DNA of 64,000 bases from Verrucomicrobiales bacterium (GCA_947478865.1 CANJXF010000009.1:33463-97462); one strand, 5' to 3'; counted from the first letter of the stretch, positions 7,519-18,237 are shown. Notes: generated from the letters alone by a model not told the origin. Made by a program: numbers and translations.

Positions 7519-9731
7519 TACCGCGCGAGGGTTGTGCTAGAGCGAAATGGCTTCGGAGCGAGTTTTACGCGCAGATATTTTGGCTTTCTGCCCGGCTTTC
7601 GCTCCGACGAGTTTTCGCCCAAAGCGAGTGCGATGAATTCGGATTGGCTTCGGCGCGGCTTCGTGCATTGTTTCAGGACTGGACGCGAGTAGGAGCCATT
7701 CGCATTTAAAATCCGCGCCTTGACGTTGTCTTCGAGCGATAAATCGAGCAACTCGCTGCGCATCCGTTCACGCAGAACTCCATCCTCGATCGGAAAAACG
7801 ACTTCGATGCGACGGAAGAAATTTCGCGGCAACCAATCTGCGCTGCCCACGAACACCTCGGGTTGCAAGGCGTTTTCAAAATAGAAAATCCGGCTGTGTT
7901 CCAAAAAGCGATCCACGATGCTGCGCACGGAAATGTTATCGCTGATTCCTTTAAGCTTGGGGCGAAGGCAGCAGAGACCGCGCACGATCAAATCGATTTT
8001 AACGCCGGCCTGTGACGCGCCATAAAGCGCCTCGATGATTTCGCGGTCCGCGAGCGCGTTCATTTTGGCGATGATTCTGGCGGGCAGGCCTTGTTTTGCA
8101 TTTGCCGCCTCCCGCGCAATGAGGCTTAGCATTTTGTCGTGCAGCTCAAATGGCGCAACGACCAGCTTTTTAGTCCCCTGAAATTGGCAGATGCCGGTCA
8201 GCAAATTGAAAAGGTTGGTCGTGTCATCGCCGAAATCAGTGCGGCAGGTGAGCAAGCTGATGTCGGTGTAAAGCTTGGCCGTAGTTGGATTGTAATTGCC
8301 TGTGCTCAGATGAATATAGCGACGAATCGCGTCATCATCCTTGCGCACCACGAGGCACATTTTCCCGTGAATTTTGAAACCAACCAAACCGTAAACGACA
8401 TGCACGCCCGCCTCCTCCAGCTTTTGCGCCCAGCGAATGTTGTTCGCCTCGTCAAAGCGCGCGCGCAATTCCAGCACGGCCGTGACTTGTTTTCCATTCT
8501 TCACCGCGTCCATCAAGGCGCCGACGATCTGCGGATCGCCCCCCGTTCGATACAACGTCTGTTTGATCGCGAGCACGTTCGGATCTTCGGCGGCTTCTTT
8601 GAGAAAATCGACGACGCTGCTGAAATTGTCATACGGCTGATGCAGCAGAACATCACGCTGGCGAATCACTTCGAAAATATCCGACTGATCGCGCAGCGCT
8701 GGCGAAACGGGGCCAAGGAACGGCGGATCGCGCAGCTCAGGAGAATGATCGCCTTGATAGATCGTCATCAGATGCGTTGGATTCAGCGGGCCGGAGATGA
8801 CATACAAATCATCTTCTTCGAGCCGGAGAATTTCCAGGAGCTGCGAGCGAATCGGCAGAGGGCAATCGCTTTCGACTTCCAGCCGGACGGCGTCGCCTTT
8901 GCGCCGGTTGTGCAATTCCGCTTCGACGGCCTTGAGCAAATTGGCCGTGTCGTCCTCCTCGATGTAAAGCTCGCTGTTGCGCGTAATCCGAAACTGCCAA
9001 TGGCCGACGATCTTTGTGCCCGGAAATAAATCCTGCAAACGCTGCTCAATCAACTGCGCGAGAAAAACGTAATGCCGGCTCGAATCGCCGCGCGGAAGTT
9101 TGATCAAACGCGGCAAAACGCGTGGCACCTGCACGATGGCCAGGCGACGTCGCTGTTCGCCGTTCTGTTTAATGTCGAGTTGAACGATGATGTTGAGCGA
9201 TTTGTTGAGCAACTGCGGGAACGGATGCGTCGGGTCGATGCCAAGCGGCGTCAAAACCGGGCGCACTTCGGTCTGATAATAATTTTCCAGCCACGCCAGA
9301 TCAGCTCGGGTCAAATCCTTGTCATGGAGAAAACGAATGCCCTTTTTGGCCAGGGCCGGAAAAAGGTCTTCGCGCCAGCAGAGGTATTGCTGTTGCACCA
9401 TTTGCCGAACCCTGCGATGGACCGCGCGCAACGTTTCGGTCGCGGTCATGCCATCGTCGCTGCGACCGACCACATCGCTTTCTACCTGTTGCTTGAGACC
9501 TGCGACGCGGATTTCAAAAAACTCGTCGAGGTTCGAACTGAAAATGCAGAAGAACTTTACCCGCTCCAGCAAAGGGGTTGTGCAATCAAGCGCCTCATCA
9601 AGCACGCGTTGATTGAATTCCAGCCAACTCAGTTCCCGGTTGATAAAATGTTCAGGCCTAAAAGTTTTCGTATCTCCCGTCATATCTGAATCAACAAAAT
9701 ATCCCCGCTCCCACGCGATGGCGAGTGACAA
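7518..9731 (-). CDS. ppk1: Polyphosphate kinase 1
   Basis: FINRELSWLEFNQRVLDEA, the FFEIRVAGL N-domain, and two PLD-like C domains (GFKIHGKMCLVVR...; HSRIFYF). The start may instead be the internal Met at 9683 (MTGDTKTF). Confidence 0.93.
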   Translation of the reverse strand: MSLAIAWERGYFVDSDMTGDTKTFRPEHFINRELSWLEFNQRVLDEALDCTTPLLERVKFFCIFSSNLDEFFEIRVAGLKQQVESDVVGRSDDGMTATETLRAVHRRVRQMVQQQYLCWREDLFPALAKKGIRFLHDKDLTRADLAWLENYYQTEVRPVLTPLGIDPTHPFPQLLNKSLNIIVQLDIKQNGEQRRRLAIVQVPRVLPRLIKLPRGDSSRHYVFLAQLIEQRLQDLFPGTKIVGHWQFRITRNSELYIEEDDTANLLKAVEAELHNRRKGDAVRLEVESDCPLPIRSQLLEILRLEEDDLYVISGPLNPTHLMTIYQGDHSPELRDPPFLGPVSPALRDQSDIFEVIRQRDVLLHQPYDNFSSVVDFLKEAAEDPNVLAIKQTLYRTGGDPQIVGALMDAVKNGKQVTAVLELRARFDEANNIRWAQKLEEAGVHVVYGLVGFKIHGKMCLVVRKDDDAIRRYIHLSTGNYNPTTAKLYTDISLLTCRTDFGDDTTNLFNLLTGICQFQGTKKLVVAPFELHDKMLSLIAREAANAKQGLPARIIAKMNALADREIIEALYGASQAGVKIDLIVRGLCCLRPKLKGISDNISVRSIVDRFLEHSRIFYFENALQPEVFVGSADWLPRNFFRRIEVVFPIEDGVLRERMRSELLDLSLEDNVKARILNANGSYSRPVLKQCTKPRRSQSEFIALALGENSSERKPGRKPKYLRVKLAPKPFRSSTTLAR

Positions 9732-10094
9732 TTGGGCAACGGTTTTGCGACGTTTAAGTTTTTCAGAGGCGACTGATGCGACAAAAAGGAGCAGTCCAGA
9801 GGAGTAAAAAACCGTTTCTCGGCAGATCCCGAGGAGCGCACCGACATTCCGTTTAGGTCAGCTTTTACCGCTGCGGGTATCTGTAAACTGTTCCGACATT
9901 GGAGGTTTACTCGCCGCCTTGGTCGTTAATCGGAAGGAAATGGCGAGATTATTGTTAGCCCCGAGAAAGCCGACTGAAAACCGGTTTTTTTAACCAAATT
10001 TTATTTATTCAAAAAAATATTATTTTTCGTTGCGCTTTTAGATAAGGGAATTCAGGATTGCACGTCCGTTCCGAAATCGCTTCCAAAAAATTAT

Positions 10095-13000
10095 ATGAAA
10101 ACAGTACGTGCTCTATTGTTAAAACTCGCCGTTGTTATCGCATTGTTTCTGTGCGCTCAGATCGCCAAAGCAACCCCTTACGCTTCCGGCATTACTAATC
10201 TTGGCACTGGCGGGGGTAATGGCACCATTCAGTTTGTGCTGAACGAGGCGGGTGCCGACGTAAAGGTTGTTTTTGAAGACGGCACCACCAACGCGATGGG
10301 AGTGCTGCCCAAAGGCGCCACTAACTTCGCCTTGGCCGCCCACACCAGTTTTTCAATCTATGTCACCAAGCTTGGCACGGGCACGCCGACCTTGATCAGC
10401 TCGGATACGAACCAATTCAGTATTTGGAATTCACCGCGCGGCGTGGATGTTAATAAGAACCCTAGGGTTGGCCATTTGTTTGGCCGCACTTATGTTGGCA
10501 ATAGTGCCGTCGGGGGAACGGCTCCCAACGCCAAGGGTATCGGTCTCTACGCCCTCAATGCAGATTTGACAGACAGCCCTCTTGCTCACGGTACTAATGC
10601 ATGGGGTGGCGGTGTTTTTGCCACCTCGGGCGGAAGCGGACCTTGGCGGATAAGGTTGGCGCCCGACGGCACGCTTTTGGTGGGTGATTTTTCTACTACC
10701 AATGCTTCCCTCCGGCAATATGCCGCCGATTTGAATTCGTCCAATCTGGTTTTGGGCACTGTAGGTCAGGTTGCGGCAGCAAACGCCGGGATTCACGGCG
10801 ATTTCTTCGGCACGGCTTTGATGACCGGTTCGATTGCTACTGGCGACCTCGTGCTATGGACGGCTGACTCTGGAATGGGAGTGCCTGCCGCCACTGCCAC
10901 ACTCGGGCCAAACACTGCTGTAGGTTCTTTTAACTGCCTTTTCCGCTATGATATTGGTGCGGGTCCACTGCCTTGGAATAATCCTCCGAATTATGCCTAC
11001 ACCGTCGGACTTGATTCGATTGCGGAGCTTCGGGTTGAGATGGATCTCGGTACAGATGGTAAAATCATCGCCGGATTCGGCCGCGCTAATTTGTCAAATG
11101 GCAACATTCAGATCCTTGGTCCAATGGGCACGAACATTCTTTATAATTCCCTGCACGATGGAGCTGATCTTTTCAACGGGATCAAAGGCAACAATTCTCA
11201 GGTCGGGACATACGCTGGTGTTCGGGTCTCGCCCGATGGTCGTTATTTGGCCTCAGTTGATATTAACAATGCCATTACGATTGCGACGATGACCAATGGC
11301 ATCCCCGACGAAAGCAGTATTTTTGGTATACCAAACACGCCGACCACTGGCAACTCTCGCGGTATGTGCTGGGACGCGGCAAACAACCTTTACGTGTGCA
11401 GTTCCGGTCAGGGTTTATTGCGCGTTTACTCTCTGGGTTTATCCACAACAGCGGTGACCACTAATGACTACACCGGCACCAATGGGAGTTTCCAGATAAG
11501 CTTTCCGCCGATCAACGCCAGCGTGGCAGTGACCACCGCCTTAGCCTCGCAAAATTATATCAATAACCTGACCCCTGGTGTTCCAATCCCGGGCATCTTT
11601 ACGGTTAGTCTCAACACAAATTTCCTTTCCTCCCCCGTGTCCGTTGGTTTTGCACTAAGCGGCAGTGCTGTTTATGGGACTAATTACACGATGAACACCA
11701 ACAATACTCTCAATGGCGTTACGATTACGTCATCCAACGTCACTTTCCCAGCTGGTACTTTCCCTATGGGTAATTGGTCGCAGGATATCCAAATTATCCC
11801 AACAGCCACTCCCGTTATCGGCCCTACGCTTACGGCGACGCTGCGAGTCCTTGGTGGTACAAATTACGCGGCGGTATCGCCTCTCAGCGGCAATGTCTCG
11901 ATCGCCAACACCGGTCCGCAATTGCTGATTTTATCTGCTGCAGCCACCGGCGCGACGATGAATCGTGGTATTCCGGGCGATAATGCTCAGTTTGTCATCA
12001 CTCGCTGGGGCGATACCAATACCGCGGCTTACACGGTCACCAACTTTACCTATCGTGGCACGGCGGTCTTCCCGACAGACTATACTGCCAAAGCGCAGAA
12101 CAAGGCTGGCGTGCCAGTGGACGGCACCCCGGGAATCGTTGTTAACCCGGGTAATGTGGCCATTCCATCCATGATTGGAAATCCGGTTGCCCATACCGAC
12201 CTTACGGTGCGACCAACCAACGTCACAGTGACGATCAACCTCACCAACGCTGTCACCGGTATTACTAATAACAGCCAGGAGGGCACTGTCTATACCGTCA
12301 GTAACATTGTGGTAACTCTAACCGAGCTCGATAACACCACCGGGCCAGAGCCTGTCCTTTGGTCCAACCCGATGACCAACGCTGCGGACAGCGTTAATTG
12401 GACGCTGACCTTTGCCAGCACCAACCTTGGGACCAATACCCAGCTACCAGTCGTTATTCCAAATTACGACCAAAACAACCTGCCCGCATCTATAAACGGA
12501 GGCGGAAGCAACAACTTCAGCGTGTTGTTCGGTAATCCGGTGGCGAATGACGGTGTTCCGCAATCGCCCGTGATGGCCGCAAACGGCTGGACCAATGCGT
12601 TGAGAATGACTGTGAATAAGGATTTCAGCTTTCCTGCGCCAGCTGGCGTGAACGTGTATCCACAGGGCGTGACCTTCGCCGGTAACTACGCTCTTCGCTT
12701 CCAGATGTATCTTTCAATCTATTCTTTTGCGATTGATAACTCACTTCCTGGAACATTCCCTAATGAGTTTGCTGAGTTCGGGATTAACCACACTGGCACA
12801 AACTGCAATTGGAGACCGACCAACCCTGTCACCCCTGCCACTGGCGGCAGCGGTATGACGAACAGCGACGGCATCTGGTTCGCAATTAACGCCGGAGCTG
12901 GCTCAATCACACCTGCGGATTATGATGGGTTCAGCGGTCAGCCGCTGCCTAATAATGGCCCGATCGAGCGCGTTAGTAATACGTCAGCCTCGCAAGCCGG

Positions 13001-14321
13001 TGTTTTCAAGCACCCGCCATTTGTCTCTCAGGACACCACAGCCTCGCGCGCTGGTGGCAGCCCGGTTAACAAATGGGTGGATGTCAGCGTCGAAGTGATT
13101 CAACAGACTAACATCAATGTATTCATTGATCGTTCACTCGTTCTCAGTTCCTTCAATAATACCAATGTGTGGACCAACGGAACGATAATGTTGGGCTATC
13201 TTGATGCTATCAATAACGTCAGCGATTCAAGTGCTTTCGTTTATTATTCAAACGTCCGCGTGGTCGCGATTTCACCGAACATCACCGCTCAGCCGCTGAG
13301 CCAGATTGTCACCCAGGGGGCAACCGTATCCTTCACCACCTCTGCGAATCTCGGCACAGCCCCAGTCACCAATAAGTGGTATACAGGCGTAACGACGCCT
13401 GTGACGCTGTTGCAAACCGATACCAACAATTCTAGTTCGCTTACCAGCACGCTAACGCTGCCTTCCGTAACCACTGGCAAAGCCACCAATTACTTTGCGG
13501 TGGTTAGCGATTCGTCTGGGTCAGTTACCAGTTTGTTGGCGACACTTGAAGTTGTCCCGCCGCCACCCAACGTCATCACCAACTTTGGCGGGATTGCCAG
13601 GTTCACTGTGACTGCAGTCGGTCCGGCTGCTCCTACCTCCTACCAATGGAAGACGAACGGCGTCAATCTGGTTAATGGATCCCATTATGCCGGTGTTACG
13701 ACTAACGTGCTGATTATTACCAACGTTCAAGCGGCTGATGCGATAACCTATTCTGTTGCTGTCGGGAACGCAGCGGGTGTGGTTACCAACTCGGCGACCC
13801 TGACCTTGGTCAATGCGCCGTCAAGTGCCGTTGTTTCTCCAGCAAGCCAAACCGTTCTCTGGGGATCTAACGCCACCTTTACGGTTTCAGTTTCAGGCGA
13901 CGCGCCCTTTACTTACCGATGGAAAAAGGGCGGAGTAAATCTGAGCAACGGCGGCAATGTCTCGGGCGCAACAAACGCCAGCCTGACTTTGTCGAACATC
14001 ACGTCGGCCGACGCAGCCAACTATACCGTCGGAATTACGAATATTGTCGGGAGCACGGCGAGCTCGACCGGCATCCTTGCCGTCCTTATTCCGGCGCCAA
14101 CCTTCTCTACAGTGTCGCTGGTTGGAACAAATGTGGTGTTGTCATTCAGCAGCACGAATGCATATGACACGACCAATGCGTTCACCTTGCAGAGCTCCGC
14201 AATTGTGCAGGGGCCTTACACGAACACGCCTGCCACCTTCACGATCTCGGGTGGTGGATTTGAGGTCACAGCGCCGCAGTCGGGCACCAACGTGTTTTAT
14301 AGACTCCTGCACAACAATTAA
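10095..14321 (+). CDS. Very large secreted adhesin-like protein (N-terminal propeller-like region, Calx-beta-like segments, LamG/concanavalin-like region, three Ig-like repeats, C-terminal beta-sandwich)
   Basis: Signal peptide MKTVRALLLKLAVVIALFLCAQIAKA. Calx-beta-like segments include FTVSLNTNFLSSPVSVGFALSGSAVYGTNYT. A LamG-like stretch ends ...MLGYLDAINNVSDSSAFVYYSNVRVV. Three Ig-like repeats are recognisable (e.g. YQWKTNGVNLVNGSHYAGVTTNVLIITNVQAADAITYSV; YRWKKGGVNLSNGGNVSGATNASLTLSNITSADAANYTV). The single uninterrupted 1408-aa ORF has T/N/S/G-rich extracellular composition. Confidence 0.85.
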   Translation: MKTVRALLLKLAVVIALFLCAQIAKATPYASGITNLGTGGGNGTIQFVLNEAGADVKVVFEDGTTNAMGVLPKGATNFALAAHTSFSIYVTKLGTGTPTLISSDTNQFSIWNSPRGVDVNKNPRVGHLFGRTYVGNSAVGGTAPNAKGIGLYALNADLTDSPLAHGTNAWGGGVFATSGGSGPWRIRLAPDGTLLVGDFSTTNASLRQYAADLNSSNLVLGTVGQVAAANAGIHGDFFGTALMTGSIATGDLVLWTADSGMGVPAATATLGPNTAVGSFNCLFRYDIGAGPLPWNNPPNYAYTVGLDSIAELRVEMDLGTDGKIIAGFGRANLSNGNIQILGPMGTNILYNSLHDGADLFNGIKGNNSQVGTYAGVRVSPDGRYLASVDINNAITIATMTNGIPDESSIFGIPNTPTTGNSRGMCWDAANNLYVCSSGQGLLRVYSLGLSTTAVTTNDYTGTNGSFQISFPPINASVAVTTALASQNYINNLTPGVPIPGIFTVSLNTNFLSSPVSVGFALSGSAVYGTNYTMNTNNTLNGVTITSSNVTFPAGTFPMGNWSQDIQIIPTATPVIGPTLTATLRVLGGTNYAAVSPLSGNVSIANTGPQLLILSAAATGATMNRGIPGDNAQFVITRWGDTNTAAYTVTNFTYRGTAVFPTDYTAKAQNKAGVPVDGTPGIVVNPGNVAIPSMIGNPVAHTDLTVRPTNVTVTINLTNAVTGITNNSQEGTVYTVSNIVVTLTELDNTTGPEPVLWSNPMTNAADSVNWTLTFASTNLGTNTQLPVVIPNYDQNNLPASINGGGSNNFSVLFGNPVANDGVPQSPVMAANGWTNALRMTVNKDFSFPAPAGVNVYPQGVTFAGNYALRFQMYLSIYSFAIDNSLPGTFPNEFAEFGINHTGTNCNWRPTNPVTPATGGSGMTNSDGIWFAINAGAGSITPADYDGFSGQPLPNNGPIERVSNTSASQAGVFKHPPFVSQDTTASRAGGSPVNKWVDVSVEVIQQTNINVFIDRSLVLSSFNNTNVWTNGTIMLGYLDAINNVSDSSAFVYYSNVRVVAISPNITAQPLSQIVTQGATVSFTTSANLGTAPVTNKWYTGVTTPVTLLQTDTNNSSSLTSTLTLPSVTTGKATNYFAVVSDSSGSVTSLLATLEVVPPPPNVITNFGGIARFTVTAVGPAAPTSYQWKTNGVNLVNGSHYAGVTTNVLIITNVQAADAITYSVAVGNAAGVVTNSATLTLVNAPSSAVVSPASQTVLWGSNATFTVSVSGDAPFTYRWKKGGVNLSNGGNVSGATNASLTLSNITSADAANYTVGITNIVGSTASSTGILAVLIPAPTFSTVSLVGTNVVLSFSSTNAYDTTNAFTLQSSAIVQGPYTNTPATFTISGGGFEVTAPQSGTNVFYRLLHNN

Positions 14322-14348
14322 TGCAAGTGAGTGAGGCCTCTTTCTAGC

Positions 14349-14380
14349 CTGCATGGGTGGTAGTTTGGCCACCCATGCAG
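14349..14380 (+). terminator. Hairpin downstream of the giant gene (candidate intrinsic terminator)
   Basis: Perfect 12-bp stem ctgcatgggtgg / ccacccatgcag with an 8-nt loop, starting 28 nt after the stop and followed by tcttctc (a weak U-tract). Confidence 0.5.
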
Positions 14381-14519
14381 TCTTCTCAGCAGGGTTCCGT
14401 TCAATCGGTCGGCATAAGTTGCAAGTTGGCAGAACAGCGCTACAGTAGGTTTCAGCTATACATAGATAAATATGAATAAGGTAATCCAGAGCCATTCCTG
14501 CGTTCATCGGTACCCTCGA

Positions 14520-15326
14520 ATGAAGAAGGTGGTCGCTTTCACCTTGATCGAGTTACTGGTGGTTATAGCCATCATCGCAATTCTGGCCGGGTTGCTGTTG
14601 CCCGCGTTGAGCAAGGCTAAAATAGCAGCATTGACGACACAGTGTTTGAGCAATAAGAGGCAGCTACAACTTGCTAGCGCGATGTACTCCGGTGATTACA
14701 ATGATTTTCTGGTTCCAAATGCTCCTTTGGGCGGAACGACAGCAAATACCTGGTGCGGATCCGATGGCGTGAATTGGACAACCGCCCCTGCCAACATTGA
14801 TAAGAGCAGATACACGGTAGCATTGCTGGCCCCTTACCTGGCCAACCAAGTTGTGGTTTACAGTTGCCCTGGTGACAACATTCTTTCCGATAATGGCAAG
14901 CGAATCCGCAGCATCTCAATGAATAGCCAAATGGGTTCTGTTTATGGAGCTGCAGGTGCGAATAAAGACAACTACAATCCGGGCTGGAGATCTTACAATA
15001 AGCACAGCGATCTGACGAAACCAAAGCCGACGGATGCGTGGATTTTTTGTGATGAAAGCATGTATAGCCTTAATGATGGCTTTTTGCAGATGAACCTCAA
15101 TCAGCCTGATTATCCAGATGTTCCTGCCAGCTATCATGGGAATATCAATTGTTTTACCTTTGCCGATGGTCATGGAGAAAAGCACAAGTGGAAGGGAAAG
15201 CTTCCCGCCGGTGCTGGCATCGTCAATTGTCCTTATCAGTATAAAGTCACTGGCGGGCATTGGCCAACCGCTGGAACGGATCCAGATTGGCTCTGGCTGA
15301 GGGAACATACGGCTGCTAAACCTTAG
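14520..15326 (+). CDS. Prepilin-type N-terminal cleavage/methylation domain protein (PVC-type pseudopilin-like, DUF1559-like)
   Basis: [34 protein letters not shown] is the type IV pilin-like leader and methylation motif. The C-terminal [17 protein letters not shown] resembles the conserved ...F.DGH... C-terminal box of the large PVC paralog family. Start moved to the internal Met at 14520. Confidence 0.85.
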   Translation: MKKVVAFTLIELLVVIAIIAILAGLLLPALSKAKIAALTTQCLSNKRQLQLASAMYSGDYNDFLVPNAPLGGTTANTWCGSDGVNWTTAPANIDKSRYTVALLAPYLANQVVVYSCPGDNILSDNGKRIRSISMNSQMGSVYGAAGANKDNYNPGWRSYNKHSDLTKPKPTDAWIFCDESMYSLNDGFLQMNLNQPDYPDVPASYHGNINCFTFADGHGEKHKWKGKLPAGAGIVNCPYQYKVTGGHWPTAGTDPDWLWLREHTAAKP

Positions 15327-15719
15327 AAGAGCGGTTCGGCGAGTTTTGCCCGATTAATTCCTCCAACCTCCGCAATCGCGGTCTTCGATTCCGAATTAAT
15401 TGCGCTGGCGGGGCCGGCGATGAATATCGTGCTTGCAATTCTCGCCATGGCCTCAGCCGATGCGGGCATGACCTTTGGCGCAACTGGTGTTGTCAATTTT
15501 TGTTTTTGCCTGGGGTAAGTGAATCTGTTCCTCTGCTTCTTTAATTTGATTCCCGTTCCGCCATTAGCCGGGTCGCATGTCGCCCGTTACTTCATTGGTA
15601 TGAGCCAAGAACGTTATCTTCGCATCTGCCAACACGGTTCTCTCTTTTGTGGTCGGTCGTCATCATCCAAGTGCCGCAAGTCCGGTTGGCGCTCTAATGG
15701 GCGACCGATTTTTCCATGA
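15327..15719 (+). pseudogene. Remnant of a site-2 protease (peptidase M50) gene: 5' part missing, in-frame stop, probable frameshift
   Basis: The frame opening directly after the upstream gene's stop reads ...AVFDSELIALAGPAMNIVLAILAMA...CLG*VNLFLCFFNLIPVPPLAGSHVARYF.... The AGPxxN and NLIPxPPLDG-like motifs are the C-terminal M50 signatures. No HExxH region is present. A TAA lies at 15516-15518. After about 15640 the hydrophobic tail continues in another frame. Confidence 0.5.
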
Positions 15720-15808
15720 CGCTATTGGCTGGGATTTCCGGGCTGGCGCAATCAAGCCAACGGGTCTGATTCTGTATTCTGTGCGTTGCGGGCCTCTCAA
15801 TCGAACAG

Positions 15809-18214
15809 TCAGCCTTCTTTACGAAAGAGGAGCCTCAAGCTGTTCATCACCACGATCACGGTGCTGCCTTCGTGGCCGATTACGCCGACGGTCAAGGGAA
15901 TCGCCCCAAACAACGCGAAAGTTACCAGAACTGCAACGGTTCCGAGGGAAATCACCAGGTTTTGTCGAATAATTTTTCGCGCTCGCTGGCTGAGTTGATA
16001 TGCCGCCCAAAAATTCTCGAGACGATCATGCATCAGCACCACCTCGGCTTGCTCAAGGGCTGCATCGGAACCGCGGGCTCCCATTGCGACTCCCACATGC
16101 GCGGCCGCTAGACTCGGTGCGTCGTTGACGCCGTCGCCCACCATTGCCACGGGTTGACCGTTTTGTGTGAACGAGCGGATGACTTCGACCTTTTGTTCCG
16201 GTTTCAGCTCGCCGCGCACGTCGTCGAGTTGGAGGTTGGCTTTGAGATTTTCTGCGGTGGATTTGCGGTCGCCGGTGAGCACGACGGATTTTAATCCAGC
16301 AGCGCGGATCTTCGCCAGGACCTCCTTGGCTTGAGGCCGGATGTCGTCGCGCAGCAAAATTCTTCCCACCAGACCGTCTGCGGCGAGCCATACCTCAGAA
16401 TGGGCGAGGTCTTCTGCTCCCTTGAGGTCGGGATGTTCTGTGAGAAGTTTTTCCGCGAGCCATTCGCGGCGTCCGAGAGAAACGATTTTGCCCAGATGAT
16501 GGGCGCGAAGGCCGTGGCCGGGAACCGATTCCAAATGGTCGAATTCGAGTTCCGGGATTTCGTGTTGTTTGCCGTAACGAGTGATGGCGCGGGCCAGAGG
16601 ATGCTTGGAAAATCGTTCGAGCGAATAGGCCAGTTGCGCCAATTCAGCTTCGCGACCGGGCGGAAATGTTTCGATCTTTTCAACCCGGAGTTCGCCGGTG
16701 GTGAGCGTGCCGGTTTTGTCGAGCGCAACGACTTTAATTTCCGCGAGTTTTTCCACGGCTGCTCCGCCCCGGAATAAAATCCCGCGCCGCGCGCTCCAGG
16801 CAATGGCGGCCAGCACAGCGGAAGGGATCGAAAGAACCAGCGCGCATGGCGAGGCAACGACCAGCAGGGTCATCGCGCGATAAAAAGCGCTTTGCTTCGT
16901 GCCATGCTCGGCAAACGGGGGAAACCCGAAGCCGAGCCACCAGACGAAAAACATGATCAGCGACAGCGCCAAAATTGCGTAGGTGTAATGCGTCCCGAAT
17001 TTGTCGGTGAAGCGTTGGGCGGGGGCCTTGAGGTGCTGTGCTTCCTTGATGAGATGGATGATTTTTTGCAGCGCACTTTCGTTTGCCGCGCGCGACACGG
17101 TGACTTCCACCACGCCGGAAAGATTCAGCGTTCCGGCGAGGACGTTATCGCCGACGGTTTTTTCAACAGGAGTGCTTTCGCCCGTGAGATTCGATTCATC
17201 GGTGGCGGTTTTGCCCCGGACGATTTCTCCATCCACGGCGAATTGCGTATCGGGTCTGATGAGCAGGCGCATGCCGGGACTCAATTGTTCGACGGCGATT
17301 TCGCGTTCGCGCCCTTGTTCATCGAGGAGTGTTGCGACTTTCGGGGCGGCTTTGAAGAGTGAACGAATTTCGCGCTGCGTTCGGCCCATCGCAAAATGTT
17401 CGAGCGCGCCGGACAACGAAAAGAGAAACAATAGCGTCGCGCCTTCGCCGAATGCTCCAATGCTGGCGCTTCCGCCAGCGACGGCAAGCATCAGGAAATG
17501 CACATCGAGTTTCTGTTTGTGCAACAGCTCAAAAACTTGAACGGCTGCGAACCACGCGCCGGCGAGGTAGGAGCCGGCAAACAAGGCCAGACCCAAACCA
17601 TTTCGTCCGGTAAACACTGCGGCGATGCCGAAAACGCCGCAAAGAATGGCCGCAAGCAGTTGCCATTTCCATTCGTCAAGCGGGTGTTCGTCTTCGGGAA
17701 TGGGCAGTTCGCGAGGGCCAAGTTTTGGCCATGAAATTCTTTTCCAACGCCAGAAGCGCGGGGCCGTTGGACAGGTGACGCGCGCAATGGTCGTCTTGTC
17801 CGCCTCTCGTTGGATGGTGATGGTACCGCGTTCGAGCGGATCGACGGGAGTTGCGCAGCCGTTGCAATTTGGTTTCCCCTGAAGCAAGCCGCATCCGGTC
17901 GAGTTGGGGGCCGTACGCGCCTCACGAACCATATCAGCCACGCGTTTTTCGAGGTTCGGATCGGTCACCGCGCCCAGCGTGGCGATGGAAACGGAATCGC
18001 CGGAATCCTCGATCGTGACCGCTTCCAGAGCGGGTTCGTCGGCCAGAGCCTCAGCCACTGAATGAACCAGGCACGGCGCATGATTTGGTTTTTCACCCGA
18101 TGGCGTTCTCATGTTCTTTTCCGTAATATCCGCAATTTCTTGGCGAAATCGAAGAATTGCAAGCTGCAAGCCCAAGGTTTTCATACGACGACTTATATTT
18201 TGCTTAACTTGCAT
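15809..18214 (-). CDS. Heavy-metal-translocating P1B-type ATPase (SPC / HEGST motifs suggest the P1B-4 Co/Zn-type subgroup)
   Basis: DKTGTLT phosphorylation site, TGES actuator motif, GDGVNDAP hinge, membrane motif VVASPCALV (SPC) and IGHEGSTVIVVMNSLRLL (HEGxT). The start is uncertain: alternative Mets at 18184 and 18112 would leave more room for the divergent promoter. Confidence 0.9.
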   Translation of the reverse strand: MQVKQNISRRMKTLGLQLAILRFRQEIADITEKNMRTPSGEKPNHAPCLVHSVAEALADEPALEAVTIEDSGDSVSIATLGAVTDPNLEKRVADMVREARTAPNSTGCGLLQGKPNCNGCATPVDPLERGTITIQREADKTTIARVTCPTAPRFWRWKRISWPKLGPRELPIPEDEHPLDEWKWQLLAAILCGVFGIAAVFTGRNGLGLALFAGSYLAGAWFAAVQVFELLHKQKLDVHFLMLAVAGGSASIGAFGEGATLLFLFSLSGALEHFAMGRTQREIRSLFKAAPKVATLLDEQGREREIAVEQLSPGMRLLIRPDTQFAVDGEIVRGKTATDESNLTGESTPVEKTVGDNVLAGTLNLSGVVEVTVSRAANESALQKIIHLIKEAQHLKAPAQRFTDKFGTHYTYAILALSLIMFFVWWLGFGFPPFAEHGTKQSAFYRAMTLLVVASPCALVLSIPSAVLAAIAWSARRGILFRGGAAVEKLAEIKVVALDKTGTLTTGELRVEKIETFPPGREAELAQLAYSLERFSKHPLARAITRYGKQHEIPELEFDHLESVPGHGLRAHHLGKIVSLGRREWLAEKLLTEHPDLKGAEDLAHSEVWLAADGLVGRILLRDDIRPQAKEVLAKIRAAGLKSVVLTGDRKSTAENLKANLQLDDVRGELKPEQKVEVIRSFTQNGQPVAMVGDGVNDAPSLAAAHVGVAMGARGSDAALEQAEVVLMHDRLENFWAAYQLSQRARKIIRQNLVISLGTVAVLVTFALFGAIPLTVGVIGHEGSTVIVVMNSLRLLFRKEG

Positions 18215-18237
18215 GCTGCGAACGACTACAAGAGAGC

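Noticed and set aside
8139-9029. 296-aa ORF on the plus strand
   Set aside because: It lies entirely antisense to ppk1, whose product is unmistakable. The translation is Arg/Ala/Gln-rich with no motifs, which is typical of shadow ORFs in GC-rich coding DNA.
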